Source: Gammaproteobacteria bacterium (lineage in GTDB: Bacteria > Pseudomonadota > Gammaproteobacteria > Ga0077536). Taken from it: 64,000 nt of DNA. Of this stretch, positions 10,753 through 20,300 are shown piece by piece. The stretch covers positions 2,048,001 to 2,112,000 of the forward strand of contig CAXXLL010000003.1 in the NCBI GenBank assembly GCA_963662545.2, read 5' to 3'. Below the pieces are notes generated by a model. The model saw nothing but the letters and a program-made list of their open reading frames with translations, was not told the DNA's origin and did not search any database. Position numbers and translations under genes: made by a program. The stretch's first letter is position 1, and every line of letters starts with the position of its first letter.

Positions 10753-11592
10753 CTATTTTCGTTTCTTTCGCTCACTTTCTGGTGAGCGCTTCTCGCCCAA
10801 AAACTCATGAAAACAGTTTGGCAGATGTCCAATATCAAGCGCTTGATATCCCTGTTGGCTTAAATCATAGGCCAGCACAGTTGCTGTTGGACCAAGAGCA
10901 ATTAGAAACAGTTTATCCTTGTCGAACTGCAAACAGTCGTCTAACAAAGCGTCATATTTAGAAAATGCATGGCGCGCTAGACCATACACATAGGAAAACG
11001 ATTCCAAGTCATGAAATAACCGCAGATCCAATTCGAAAGCACTACCCTTACCCGTGACCAATACCGCATCTCGACCAGCCCACAGGCGTTTGATATTTTC
11101 AACCCCGCCCTCCTGAAACATTGGAAGCCGAGACATAAGAGCGTTGCCATATACGCGATCTGCCGAAGTGTACTTCAGCAAATGTTTACTAACTTGGGCG
11201 AAACAGCCATCCATATACTCAAAGTTTTTAAAGCTTTTGATGTGTTCAAAGTCGGGCGCATCATAGTTGTGGAAGGCAATCAGGCAGCTTTCTGAATCGG
11301 AACGCAGTATTTCAAGCAACCTCTTTTGCAGTCGCTCAGATTTTTTCTGAAAGTCAATGCTGTTGCCAGACATGCACTCATATTCGCCGTCTCCGAATCG
11401 AGCGATAGAAGTGCCGTGTTTGCAAATAAAGTCTATTGTTTCAGATGTTGACATCACGCCAGACAAGAGATGTTCTACTTGTCGTAAAGTTGTTTTACAT
11501 TCATCCAAATCATCAAATTCGCCGCGCAAAATACGGCGGACGTTTTTGTTCGGGTGAAAATTTGAGACTATATAGCGTTGAAATTTGATCAC
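10753..11592 (-). CDS. GT-D fold glycosyltransferase (DUF1792-like)
   Basis: SIARFGDGE, LIALGPTATVLAYDL, QALDIGH; visibly AT-rich. Confidence 0.85.
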   Translation of the reverse strand: MIKFQRYIVSNFHPNKNVRRILRGEFDDLDECKTTLRQVEHLLSGVMSTSETIDFICKHGTSIARFGDGEYECMSGNSIDFQKKSERLQKRLLEILRSDSESCLIAFHNYDAPDFEHIKSFKNFEYMDGCFAQVSKHLLKYTSADRVYGNALMSRLPMFQEGGVENIKRLWAGRDAVLVTGKGSAFELDLRLFHDLESFSYVYGLARHAFSKYDALLDDCLQFDKDKLFLIALGPTATVLAYDLSQQGYQALDIGHLPNCFHEFLGEKRSPESERKKRK

Positions 11593-11656
11593 AGACTTCC
11601 CTTTCGAAAAAAGATCGCGTGCACAGTTCGCTTACTTGTAACGACTCCAGATCGCC

Positions 11657-12466
11657 CTATCGCAATCTACTGTCAGGTCGCGTTCGTAACGTTGACGATC
11701 GCTCCTTAGGGACAAAAAAGAAATCGCCGCTTTCCTTCGGATCGGCTGGACCGAATGCTTGCAAGTTCGATCTAAATTTGTAAACGTCATAGTCAAGAAG
11801 GGCAAGAAAGGCGTGGAGCTCCTCAGGGGTATTTCCGGCCCGGGCGAGCCTGCGCCGGTTGACTTCCATCATCAGCGCAGGCCGAAAGTGCGATAGGGTC
11901 CGCCTCGAGCCGCGGATCATGCGTAATTCAAATCCCTCGATGTCAGCCTTTATGAAATCGAGACGAGTTAGTGCCTCGCTTTCGACCAAATCGTCGACCG
12001 TGGTCAGAGAAATTGGGTGATGGAGGGTCCGCCGGCATTCATGCAGACTCGGATCGCGCTTGATGTGACCAAGTCCGAAACCAATGCTACCGCTCTGCTT
12101 GATTGGTACGTGCAGCGTTGCCCGGCCAGGCGCATCACTCAGTCCAACTGGTAAGATGGTGATGTTTGACAGCCGATTAAAGCGAATGGCAGGTCGTAAT
12201 ATAGAGAGGGCATAAGTGCCTGGCTCGACCGTATAGACTTTCCCGTCGGGCGCCATGCGGGCAAAAAGCTTGGCGAACTGCCCAGCATGCCCGCCGACAT
12301 CCAGAACCACTCCATCGGTAGGGATGAACTGCCGAAAACAGGCGGTGAGTTCACGATGATGCTGTTTAACGCAGGCTTTGAACAGGTGAACGAGCCAGGT
12401 CAGCCTCGCACGCCAGGGCAGGCGCGCTGATCTCGAATCGCCGATCTCCAACTCCAGCGACTGCAC
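11657..12466 (-). CDS. FkbM-family methyltransferase
   Basis: VLDVGGHAG, FIKADIEGFE, RPALMMEV. Confidence 0.88.
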   Translation of the reverse strand: MQSLELEIGDSRSARLPWRARLTWLVHLFKACVKQHHRELTACFRQFIPTDGVVLDVGGHAGQFAKLFARMAPDGKVYTVEPGTYALSILRPAIRFNRLSNITILPVGLSDAPGRATLHVPIKQSGSIGFGLGHIKRDPSLHECRRTLHHPISLTTVDDLVESEALTRLDFIKADIEGFELRMIRGSRRTLSHFRPALMMEVNRRRLARAGNTPEELHAFLALLDYDVYKFRSNLQAFGPADPKESGDFFFVPKERSSTLRTRPDSRLR

Positions 12467-12715
12467 GATCTTAATGTGGCGATTCGCGAAACGTGGTTGC
12501 CCGGTGTGCGCTCATCGGTACGTCTGCCCAAGGATAGTGCGATAGCGCTATCGGACTCGATTCGGTGTAAAACTGACGTTAAATTTGGGAAAAGTTCGAG
12601 TAACGAGGGCGCTTCGTTGATCAAGTGAAGTGACTGCAGTCATCAATCTTTAGCAACCGATCAGCGTTGCTATAATAAAATCCCATTAATCCCTGGGCAC
12701 CGACGGCAAATAGCC

Positions 12716-12979
12716 ATGCTGCAGGTCAAGACAAGTGCAGAAACCACGCCGAAGATCTATAACTGGTTACTGGCGTTGGCGACTGCGCTACTGATGCTCT
12801 GCGTCGCCGAATTAACACTGCAGCGGCTGTCTCCGGACACTTACCACATTTGGCCACCTGGATTCGAGAACCAGTTCGAGCCCGTGCCCGGGGTCGAAGG
12901 GGTCTCGGTGTTCACGATTAACGACATGGGTGTTCGTGGCAGAAACTTCGATCGGAAGAGACCAAAGGTACGCGAGTAG
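12716..12979 (+). pseudogene. Truncated membrane-anchored protein (SGNH-like N-terminus) fused to repeat copy 2
   Basis: TM helix ending AELTLQRL, then FTINDMGVRG; runs into the duplicated kinase sequence at 12947 and stops. Confidence 0.55.
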
Positions 12980-13042
12980 CGGTCGCGTTCTGACCTAGCC
13001 TGACGCGAGGCGGAATCCGTTCTCTCTGCGGCCGCCACCTGC
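12947..13042 (+). repeat. Copy 2 of ~95-bp direct repeat
   Basis: Near-identical to 4800-4895 over the first ~72 bp, then diverging. Confidence 0.9.
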
Positions 13043-13133
13043 AAGCCCTCTAACACGCCATAGACCTCTGTTTTGAGAGGCTGGACCCACGTCTACCGGG
13101 TAGGCTGATTGGCCATCCCATCGAGCCCCGGCG

Positions 13134-13194
13134 CTAGCCCGCCTATCTCACCCGCGATCGCCGCGGTGGAAGCTTGGTGAGATAGGCGGGCTAG
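13134..13194. repeat. Perfect 19-bp inverted repeat (REP-like hairpin)
   Basis: CTAGCCCGCCTATCTCACC (13134-13152) / GGTGAGATAGGCGGGCTAG (13176-13194). Confidence 0.8.
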
Positions 13195-13279
13195 ATGCGT
13201 TTACCCGAAATTAACCAACCGTTACCGCTCGAATAACCCAGCTTGACCAATGCTGCAATAGGAACAAAGGCAAGAATCG

Positions 13280-13921
13280 ATGCCGCAATTTGGTAACGAA
13301 CCGCTCCCCCTGATCAGGTTTCAGGGCGCAATGTTTCAGCTTCGAACGCTATTCTTGCTGTCGGTCATCGCCACGGCGCAGAATGCCGCCGCGCTGTCCG
13401 TGCAACCGCACGAAGTAGTCAAGCACGTGATCCAGCGCGTAATGTCCAAAGTCAACGGTCTCGACAGCTCGGCCGACGAGGATGGCCGCATCACGCTCCA
13501 AGCATTCGAAACCGAGATCAGCCCACACTTGGATTTCCACACCATTACGCGCTGGCTGGCGGGTGAACGCTGGTTGTCTTTTGCGGACGACGAAAGGGAC
13601 GAATTAACGGCGATCGTGCGTGGGCACATCGTCCAGGTCTATGCGGCGCTACTGGCGCGAGGACCGACGGTGGAAATCGAGGTCGAGCCGTCATCGCTCG
13701 TACGCACCCGGTCGGCGAAAGTGGGCGCCTTGATGGCGACCCGGGCAGGAAAGGTGTTCCGGGTCGAGTTCCGCCTGATTCGCAGCGAGGAGTCCTGGAA
13801 ACTTTATGATCTCGCCGTCGACGGCTTGAGCTTTGCGCGTTCGCTGCGCGCCGAACTCGCACCCGTGATCGACGCCGGCGGCGTCGATGGCCTCAAGACC
13901 TATCTCGATACCCATCGATAG
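13280..13921 (+). CDS. MlaC/Ttg2D-family periplasmic lipid-binding protein
   Basis: ISPHLDFHTITRWLAGERW, WKLYDLAVDGLS, GGVDGL; alternative start 13331. Confidence 0.82.
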   Translation: MPQFGNEPLPLIRFQGAMFQLRTLFLLSVIATAQNAAALSVQPHEVVKHVIQRVMSKVNGLDSSADEDGRITLQAFETEISPHLDFHTITRWLAGERWLSFADDERDELTAIVRGHIVQVYAALLARGPTVEIEVEPSSLVRTRSAKVGALMATRAGKVFRVEFRLIRSEESWKLYDLAVDGLSFARSLRAELAPVIDAGGVDGLKTYLDTHR

Positions 13922-13961
13922 AGAAAAAGGTCGGAGCTAATTAACTCCGACCTCTTTTCTC
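13921..13961. terminator. Rho-independent terminator, probably bidirectional
   Basis: GAGAAAAAGGTCGGAG-loop-CTCCGACCTCTTTTCTC directly after the MlaC stop. Confidence 0.65.
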
Positions 13962-13993
13962 GTTCGGCGACGGCCACCACCGCGATCACTTCC

Positions 13994-14020
13994 AAAAAAA
14001 AAGCCCTGCACGGGCAGGGC
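13994..14020 (-). terminator. Rho-independent terminator on the minus strand
   Basis: Minus strand reads GCCCTGC-CCGT-GCAGGGC followed by nine T. Confidence 0.8.
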
Positions 14021-14040
14021 AAGGCGGGGGATGTTAAGTG

Positions 14041-14121
14041 CTAGGCGGACGCCTGGCGGGAACATTGTGAATAGACCCGCCGGCACGTCGCGATCAGTAA
14101 TCTATTTACAGGCTTTTGCAT
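14041..14121 (-). CDS. Candidate 26-aa small protein MQKPVNRLLIATCRRVYSQCSRQASA (or sRNA)
   Basis: AAAAGGA RBS 9 nt upstream, own terminator, upstream TAATGT and phased TTAACC boxes; below the ORF-track cutoff. Confidence 0.5.
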   Translation of the reverse strand: MQKPVNRLLIATCRRVYSQCSRQASA

Positions 14122-14423
14122 TCTGATTATTCCTTTTCAATTGGATATGCCTGTGCGGTGCCCACCGTGGACATTACGGTTTCTTGCGTTTGATTTGTCT
14201 TAACTCGCGGTTAAATCATGGTTAACTTCGTCGATCCCTGCGGCGCCCAATACGGTCTCGCACCCTGGAACGGTGAGCGCCAGGACGTCTTGCGCGTGGG
14301 AAGCTTGCGCCACGAGTGTCACTCCCCTATGTTGCGGTAGCGCCATGGAGTCCGTGCAGTGCCTCGTCCGCTTTGCACTGGCGGTGGTGCGCACCGAGTG
14401 ATGGACATACGGAGGGGCAAGAC

Positions 14424-15239
14424 ATGGGGTTTGTACGATCGAAAGAAGAAATAGCGACGATCCAGGAATCACTGCACAAGCCGCGTTTCGTCAATGCCGA
14501 AATGCTGACGGTTGATTTTCTCACCCATCAAGCAACCGTTGACCACCTGCTGCCTCCGGGCCTGGAATCGACCGGTAATCCGCGGGTCACGGCCATGGTC
14601 GGGCGCTGGCAGAGCAACTGCGTCGGCGATTTCGACGGTGGCGCGCTTTATATCGAGGCGAAGCACGGAGACATCGTCGGCGATTATGTACTCGCGATGT
14701 ACATGGACCGTGACCAGCCCATCATTTACGGCCGCGAGCTTTTCGGCGAACCGAAGAAGCAGGCCACGACGCGCCTGTTCCGGCGCGGGGATCGGTTGAA
14801 TGGCTCAGTCGATCGGTACGGCACGCGTTTGATCGATCTCGAAGTTGAACTCAAGGTTGACCACGGCCCGACCGAGGGCGAAGGCGTCAATTTCAATTAC
14901 AAGGCGATTCCTGCCACCAACGGCATCGGCCTCGAATGGGACGTAGCGCTCACGGTAGCGCGTTTCGAGACCATCGTGCGCGTCAACGCAGAGGGCGCGG
15001 GCGCCATTCAACTGGGCAGGACGGTTCACGATCCGCTGGCCGATGTGGAAATCGTCGAAGTGCTACGGGGCGCCTTCATCGAAGCCGACCTCATCGCGAG
15101 CGCCGAGACGCTCGAATACATCAGTGCGGAGGAATTTCTGCCTTATGCGCTGGGCCGCACCGATGATTGGAGTGCATTGAACACCGAAGTCCGTCGCGAG
15201 ATCCCGGCGGGCCGTCGCGAGGTGACCGAGGGGGCCTGA
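14424..15239 (+). CDS. Acetoacetate decarboxylase-like family protein
   Basis: LLPPGLE, GRELFGEPKK (Schiff-base Lys motif); GGAGGG RBS. Confidence 0.85.
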   Translation: MGFVRSKEEIATIQESLHKPRFVNAEMLTVDFLTHQATVDHLLPPGLESTGNPRVTAMVGRWQSNCVGDFDGGALYIEAKHGDIVGDYVLAMYMDRDQPIIYGRELFGEPKKQATTRLFRRGDRLNGSVDRYGTRLIDLEVELKVDHGPTEGEGVNFNYKAIPATNGIGLEWDVALTVARFETIVRVNAEGAGAIQLGRTVHDPLADVEIVEVLRGAFIEADLIASAETLEYISAEEFLPYALGRTDDWSALNTEVRREIPAGRREVTEGA

Positions 15240-15247
15240 GCCGGCGC

Positions 15248-16255
15248 CTACGAGGCTTCGAGCACCTCCAGGCATCCGGTCTCGTCGAGCAGGCCGGTAA
15301 TGCGACCGCGCTCGCTCGCGTTCAAGCGAGCGAACTGTGCGCGCAGAAAATCGAGACATTTCGATTGATACCGGCCGGCCGGCTGTGTGTAGGACTGTCC
15401 GGCGAGTTCCACGCGGAAGCTCTCGTCCCTCTCCGCGACGGCGTTCGCATTGGCTTCGAGAAATGGCAGGTAAAATCGCCCTGCCATCGCGATGAATTCT
15501 ACGACCACTGCCGAGGCGCCCGTTTCGCTCCAATCCCCATCGATTCCCGAGCCATCGTCGAGGCGCCGCACCCAATGCTCGGTGCGCGGAGCGGTGCGGC
15601 GCATGACGGCCATCGAGGTGGGGTCGGCCGCAAGAGTCGTGAGTTGGCCGTAGAGTCCGAAATCCGCCAGCGAAGGCCGTGTACCGAACAGGAAGCGATC
15701 CGTTGCGGCCATCGATTCGAGCGCAGCCAGGGTCTCGTGGTAGAAGGTTTCAAACAGCTCGGCGTTCTCCGGGATGCAGCCAAACAGGGGCATGCGATTC
15801 GTCTGCCGTTCGAGAAATTTTGCGGTGAGTTCTTCCAGGCGCTCGCGTGACAGACCCGGGTGAGCGTCGTCCATGACCCAGGCAGGTGCGAAACTTCGAT
15901 TTTCCGGTTTGCTGAATCGATTGTGAAATAGACATTTCGAAAGCCATTCGTCGGCCATGTCCTCAATTAATAAGCTCAGAAAGGCGGCCGCGGGATCGGT
16001 CGGCACGATCGAGCGGCCGTTCGGGTGAAGGCGCTCCAGATCTAAGATGATAGGCGTCGTGTCGGTCCGGTAAGTCCCGTCGGGGAACTGGACGACCGGC
16101 ATCAAGAGCGGACGTACATGCAGTGTTTCCCCAAAATACTGCGGCATACGGCTCAACCAGACGTGGGGTAGCCGACGGAAACGCATGACGGCCCGTACTT
16201 TGACGGTATAAGGCGACGACTCGACGCCGATGATGCGGTAGGTTTCTTTCATCAA
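15248..16255 (-). CDS. Glutathione S-transferase family protein
   Basis: SPYTVKVRAVMRF, DTTPII, LIEDMADEWL, FLFGTRPSLADFGLYGQL. Confidence 0.88.
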   Translation of the reverse strand: MMKETYRIIGVESSPYTVKVRAVMRFRRLPHVWLSRMPQYFGETLHVRPLLMPVVQFPDGTYRTDTTPIILDLERLHPNGRSIVPTDPAAAFLSLLIEDMADEWLSKCLFHNRFSKPENRSFAPAWVMDDAHPGLSRERLEELTAKFLERQTNRMPLFGCIPENAELFETFYHETLAALESMAATDRFLFGTRPSLADFGLYGQLTTLAADPTSMAVMRRTAPRTEHWVRRLDDGSGIDGDWSETGASAVVVEFIAMAGRFYLPFLEANANAVAERDESFRVELAGQSYTQPAGRYQSKCLDFLRAQFARLNASERGRITGLLDETGCLEVLEAS

Positions 16256-16447
16256 GTGCTCCGAATGGCTGGTTCGAATTACGGGTCGGATTTACGTTGG
16301 CCCGGCGGTCGCGGCAGTTGCGGATCGTTCCGACAGGGTAGCAACGCTCCAAGAAAAGTGCTCCGATATAACGGGGCGGCGAGGAGCGCTTGATCCATGG
16401 GCCGGGGCTTATGGTCGCCACCCGCTAATTCATACAAGGTGCTTTGC

Positions 16448-18499
16448 ATGCGTTTCACGATCCTGACGGCGGCATTGTTCGTCGCAATGTTTCATGCGAC
16501 CGATGGTGACGCCGTACAGGGAGTCATCGAAGGCCGGGTCCTCAACGAACAGGAACGCGCGGAAGCGGGCGTGTGGGTGATCGCCGAAACTGCGGATCTG
16601 CCGACCGAATTTCGGAAGATTGTCGTCACCGATAAAAACGGCCGTTTCGTTCTGCCCGAGCTACCCGCAGCGCACTACGAGGTCTGGGTGCGTGGTTACG
16701 GTCTGTTAGATTCCGACCGTCACGGTGCGCGGCCCGGGGACACCCTGGATCTAAAGGTTGCGGCCGCGACGGATCCGGCGGCCGCCGCGGTGATTTATCC
16801 GGCCAATTACTGGCTGGCCCTGCTCGAGATCCCAAACAGTAGGCGCTTCGGCGAAGCGAGTGCACCCTACCGCTCGCAGGCGGCGTGGCGCAGCCAGTTC
16901 AAGCTCAATTGCATGCTGTGCCACCAACTCGGCTCGGCCGCGACTCGCCTGCCGAACGCCAGCGCCTTCGACCATGGTCTCAAGAAAGCCGCGGCCATGA
17001 ATTTCTTTGCCGATCGGCTCGGGCGAGAGCAACTGCTCGGCGTTCTCGCCGATTGGGGTGATCGGATCGCACGGGGGGAAACACCCTCTGCGCCGCCGCG
17101 GCCCACGGGCATCGAACGTCACTTCGTCATCACCCAGTGGGGCTGGGGGGACCGATACACCTATGCGCACGACGAGATCGCCACCGATAAGCGCAATCCC
17201 TTCCTCTATCCAAACGGGCCGATCTATGGGGCGGATATCGGCAACGATCACCTGCTTATGTTGGACCCGGTGTCGCATACCGCATCGCGCATCACCGTCC
17301 CGACGCGGGACGGATTCGACACCCCGTGGTGTGACCAGACCTACAAGGCCTCGAACGACGACGAAGTCGTGCCCTTCGGCGTCGGTTTGCTCGGATGCCC
17401 GTGGCCGGGCGGCGCATCAGCGCACCTCGGTCAATACCAGAACGCGGCCAACCCGCACAACCCGATGATGGACGGGCAGGGCCGGGTATGGATGACGACC
17501 CAGATCCGCCGGCAATGGGCGGAGGATCTACCGGAATTCTGCAAACATTCATCGATCATCACCGACAATCTGCATCACCGGCAACTCGGTTACTACGATA
17601 CCAATACGAGGAGGTTTGTACTCGTCGACACTTGTTTCGGCACGCATCATCTACAGTTCGATCCCAACGGTATGTTGTGGGTCAGCGGTGACGATTACGT
17701 CATCGGCTGGCTCGATACGGCGATCTTCGATGCTTCTGATCCGGCCTCGCTCGAACGGGCGCAGGGTTTCTCCCAGGTCCGTGTCGACAGCAACGGCGAC
17801 GGCACGGCGGATCAGCCGCTGGTCGGATTTCACTACGGCATCATTCCCAGTCCCATCGATGGGGCGGTGTGGACCGCGGTGCCGCCCGGGATCAGCAGTC
17901 CCTCAGGTGAGCCGGGCCGCATTCACCGTTTCGACCGAAAAGCGGATCGTCACGAAGCCTATTCCCCGCCGACGCCCGGGTATGGTCCGCGCGGCGTCGA
18001 CCTCGACAGCAAGGGTGTCGTCTGGACGGCTCTCGCCGGCAGCGGCCATCTCGCCCGGTTCGATCGCAGTCGATGCCGGCAACACTGGGGAACCGGTGCA
18101 CAATGCCCAGAAGGCTGGACGCTATGGGAAACCCCCGGACTGCAGTTCAAGGGCGTGCGCGCGATGGCCAACGATGGCGGCACGGACATGCACTATTACC
18201 TCTGGGTCGATCAATTCGATACGCTCGGCATGGGTCGGGACGCCGTCGTCATCAACGGCACTGGTTCCGACTCCTTGGTAGTGTTCGATCCGAAGACGAA
18301 GAAGTTTACGGTGATCCGCGTACCGTATCCGCTCAATACCTATACCCGCGGACTCGATGGACGTATCGACGATCCGGACGCCGGCTGGAAAGGGCGCGGC
18401 TTATGGTTCACCAACGGACTCGACCCGATCATCCATTCGGAGATCCCGAAATCCTACGTCGGTAAGGTTCAACTCAGGCCCCATCCCCTGGCCCACTGA
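16448..18499 (+). CDS. Secreted carboxypeptidase-regulatory-like domain + c-type heme + beta-propeller protein
   Basis: Signal peptide; IVVTDKNGRFVLPELP..YEVWVRGYGL; CMLCH; propeller-like repeats (GPRGVDLDSKGVVW). Confidence 0.75.
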   Translation: MRFTILTAALFVAMFHATDGDAVQGVIEGRVLNEQERAEAGVWVIAETADLPTEFRKIVVTDKNGRFVLPELPAAHYEVWVRGYGLLDSDRHGARPGDTLDLKVAAATDPAAAAVIYPANYWLALLEIPNSRRFGEASAPYRSQAAWRSQFKLNCMLCHQLGSAATRLPNASAFDHGLKKAAAMNFFADRLGREQLLGVLADWGDRIARGETPSAPPRPTGIERHFVITQWGWGDRYTYAHDEIATDKRNPFLYPNGPIYGADIGNDHLLMLDPVSHTASRITVPTRDGFDTPWCDQTYKASNDDEVVPFGVGLLGCPWPGGASAHLGQYQNAANPHNPMMDGQGRVWMTTQIRRQWAEDLPEFCKHSSIITDNLHHRQLGYYDTNTRRFVLVDTCFGTHHLQFDPNGMLWVSGDDYVIGWLDTAIFDASDPASLERAQGFSQVRVDSNGDGTADQPLVGFHYGIIPSPIDGAVWTAVPPGISSPSGEPGRIHRFDRKADRHEAYSPPTPGYGPRGVDLDSKGVVWTALAGSGHLARFDRSRCRQHWGTGAQCPEGWTLWETPGLQFKGVRAMANDGGTDMHYYLWVDQFDTLGMGRDAVVINGTGSDSLVVFDPKTKKFTVIRVPYPLNTYTRGLDGRIDDPDAGWKGRGLWFTNGLDPIIHSEIPKSYVGKVQLRPHPLAH

Positions 18500-18530
18500 T
18501 TGCTCAACGTATAGTGGGCGGACCGCAGTT

Positions 18531-20300
18531 TCAGGCGAGCCCGGCGCGGCGCAGCCCTTCGCCGTAATGCTCGCGATCTTCTTCTTGCGCGAAAGGAATG
18601 CGGCACAGATGTTCGGTGAGGTCGAAGTTGGGGTAGGTAGTGCGGTATCTGGCTGCCGCTGCGCGAGCTTCTTCGTCGCGGCCGAGGTAGGTAAAGGTCG
18701 CGGCGATCCAGCGCTGGTAGAAAGGCATCGCGTGCGGGTTCTCGAGCCGCTCATAAATAAGCGCGGCGTCGTCGTAGCGCCGGGCGTTGAAGTAGGCAAC
18801 GATGTACTGCATACGGTGCCATTGTCCGAGATTGGCGTTCAGTTCGAACGCGTGGTCAAGTAATTCGATCGCTTTTTCCGATTGCCCATTCAGGGATAGC
18901 GCCTGGCTTAGAAAAGCGTAGCCATCCGGGTCGTTGGGATTGAGATCGATGGCCTTTTCGAACGATTCGATCGCCTTGGCCAGTGCTTTCCCGAAGAAAT
19001 GCACCTGGCCGAGCGCCAGACGGTTGGAGTGCGACGCGGGATCGACTTGTACGCCTCTCTGCGCGATTTCTAGCGCGCGGTCCAATTCAAGGTGCTGCTC
19101 GTCCGACCAGTACTCGTTGTAAGCCATCATGTACGTCCACGCGAGGCTGGCGTAAGCGCGCCCATAAGACGCATCGAGCTCGATCGCCTGTTCATAGAGC
19201 TTGCGCGCGGCGAGGTTGTCGTCGCAATTCATGTGATAGAACAGCTCCCGGCCGCGCAATACCAGGTCATAAGCCTTGGGATCCTCCGTATGGGTATCTG
19301 TCCCCACGCGGCGCCGTTCGGTGTCGACGAGCTGTCCCACCAAGGTTGCGACGATCTTGCTCGTCAATTCGTCCTGCACGGCGAACACATCTTCCAACCG
19401 CCGATCGAAGCGCTCAGCCCAGATATGATGCCCGCCCTCCGCTTCGATGAGCTGGGCGGTGACGCGAACGCGATCGCCGGCCTTGCGGACGCTGCCTTCG
19501 AGAATATATCGCACGCCGAGTTCGATGCCGATCTGCTGCGCATTGACCGCATTGTCTTTATAGGTAAACGATGAATTGCGGGCGGTGACGACAAGCTCTT
19601 TAAAACGGGACAACGCGGTGATGATGTCTTCGCTGATGCCGTCCGCGAAATAGCTCTCCTCCGCATCGTCACTCATATTCGTGAAGGGGAGCACGGCAAT
19701 CGACGGTCGCGCGTGCGTTTTTGATGCTGCCGTCCTCGGTGCCGCGCTTTTCGATTCGCTTTCAGGCTCAGCCTCTGACCGCGGACCGATTCGGTAGACT
19801 CGCACCGGTTTGGCGATGTTCTTGACTTCGTGCTCGCCGACAAAATTAATCGTAGCCTTGATCTTTCCATCGACGAAATCGTGCGCCGTTCCGGATAGCG
19901 CGATGCCGCCGGGGTCTGCGAGACTTTCGAGCCGCGCTGCGATATTGACGCCGTCACCATAAATCGTGCCGTCGTCCTGTTCGATTACATCGCCGAGATT
20001 GATGCCGATTCGAAAACGCATGCGCCGTTCATGCAGCAGCATCACATTGCGCTCCTCGAGTTCGGTTTGGATCTCGAGAGCCCCATCCACCGCTTCAACG
20101 ACGCTCTCGAACACGGCGAGGACACTGTCACCTGCCGTGTCGACGACGCGGCCGGCGTGGTCTGCAACGGAATGCGAGAAGACGTCGCGATAGGCATTGA
20201 GTGTCTTGACGGTGGCTTTTTCATCGGTTCCCATGAGACGGGAGTAGCCCGCTACGTCTGCGCTCAAGATCGCTCTAAGTCGTCGTTTGGATTCAGCCAT
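18531..20300 (-). CDS. Class III adenylate/guanylate cyclase with TolB-like and TPR domains
   Basis: AILSADVAGYSRLM, RIGINLGDV, IYGDGVNIAARLE, SIAVLPFTNMS, TPR helices. Confidence 0.92.
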   Translation of the reverse strand: MAESKRRLRAILSADVAGYSRLMGTDEKATVKTLNAYRDVFSHSVADHAGRVVDTAGDSVLAVFESVVEAVDGALEIQTELEERNVMLLHERRMRFRIGINLGDVIEQDDGTIYGDGVNIAARLESLADPGGIALSGTAHDFVDGKIKATINFVGEHEVKNIAKPVRVYRIGPRSEAEPESESKSAAPRTAASKTHARPSIAVLPFTNMSDDAEESYFADGISEDIITALSRFKELVVTARNSSFTYKDNAVNAQQIGIELGVRYILEGSVRKAGDRVRVTAQLIEAEGGHHIWAERFDRRLEDVFAVQDELTSKIVATLVGQLVDTERRRVGTDTHTEDPKAYDLVLRGRELFYHMNCDDNLAARKLYEQAIELDASYGRAYASLAWTYMMAYNEYWSDEQHLELDRALEIAQRGVQVDPASHSNRLALGQVHFFGKALAKAIESFEKAIDLNPNDPDGYAFLSQALSLNGQSEKAIELLDHAFELNANLGQWHRMQYIVAYFNARRYDDAALIYERLENPHAMPFYQRWIAATFTYLGRDEEARAAAARYRTTYPNFDLTEHLCRIPFAQEEDREHYGEGLRRAGLA

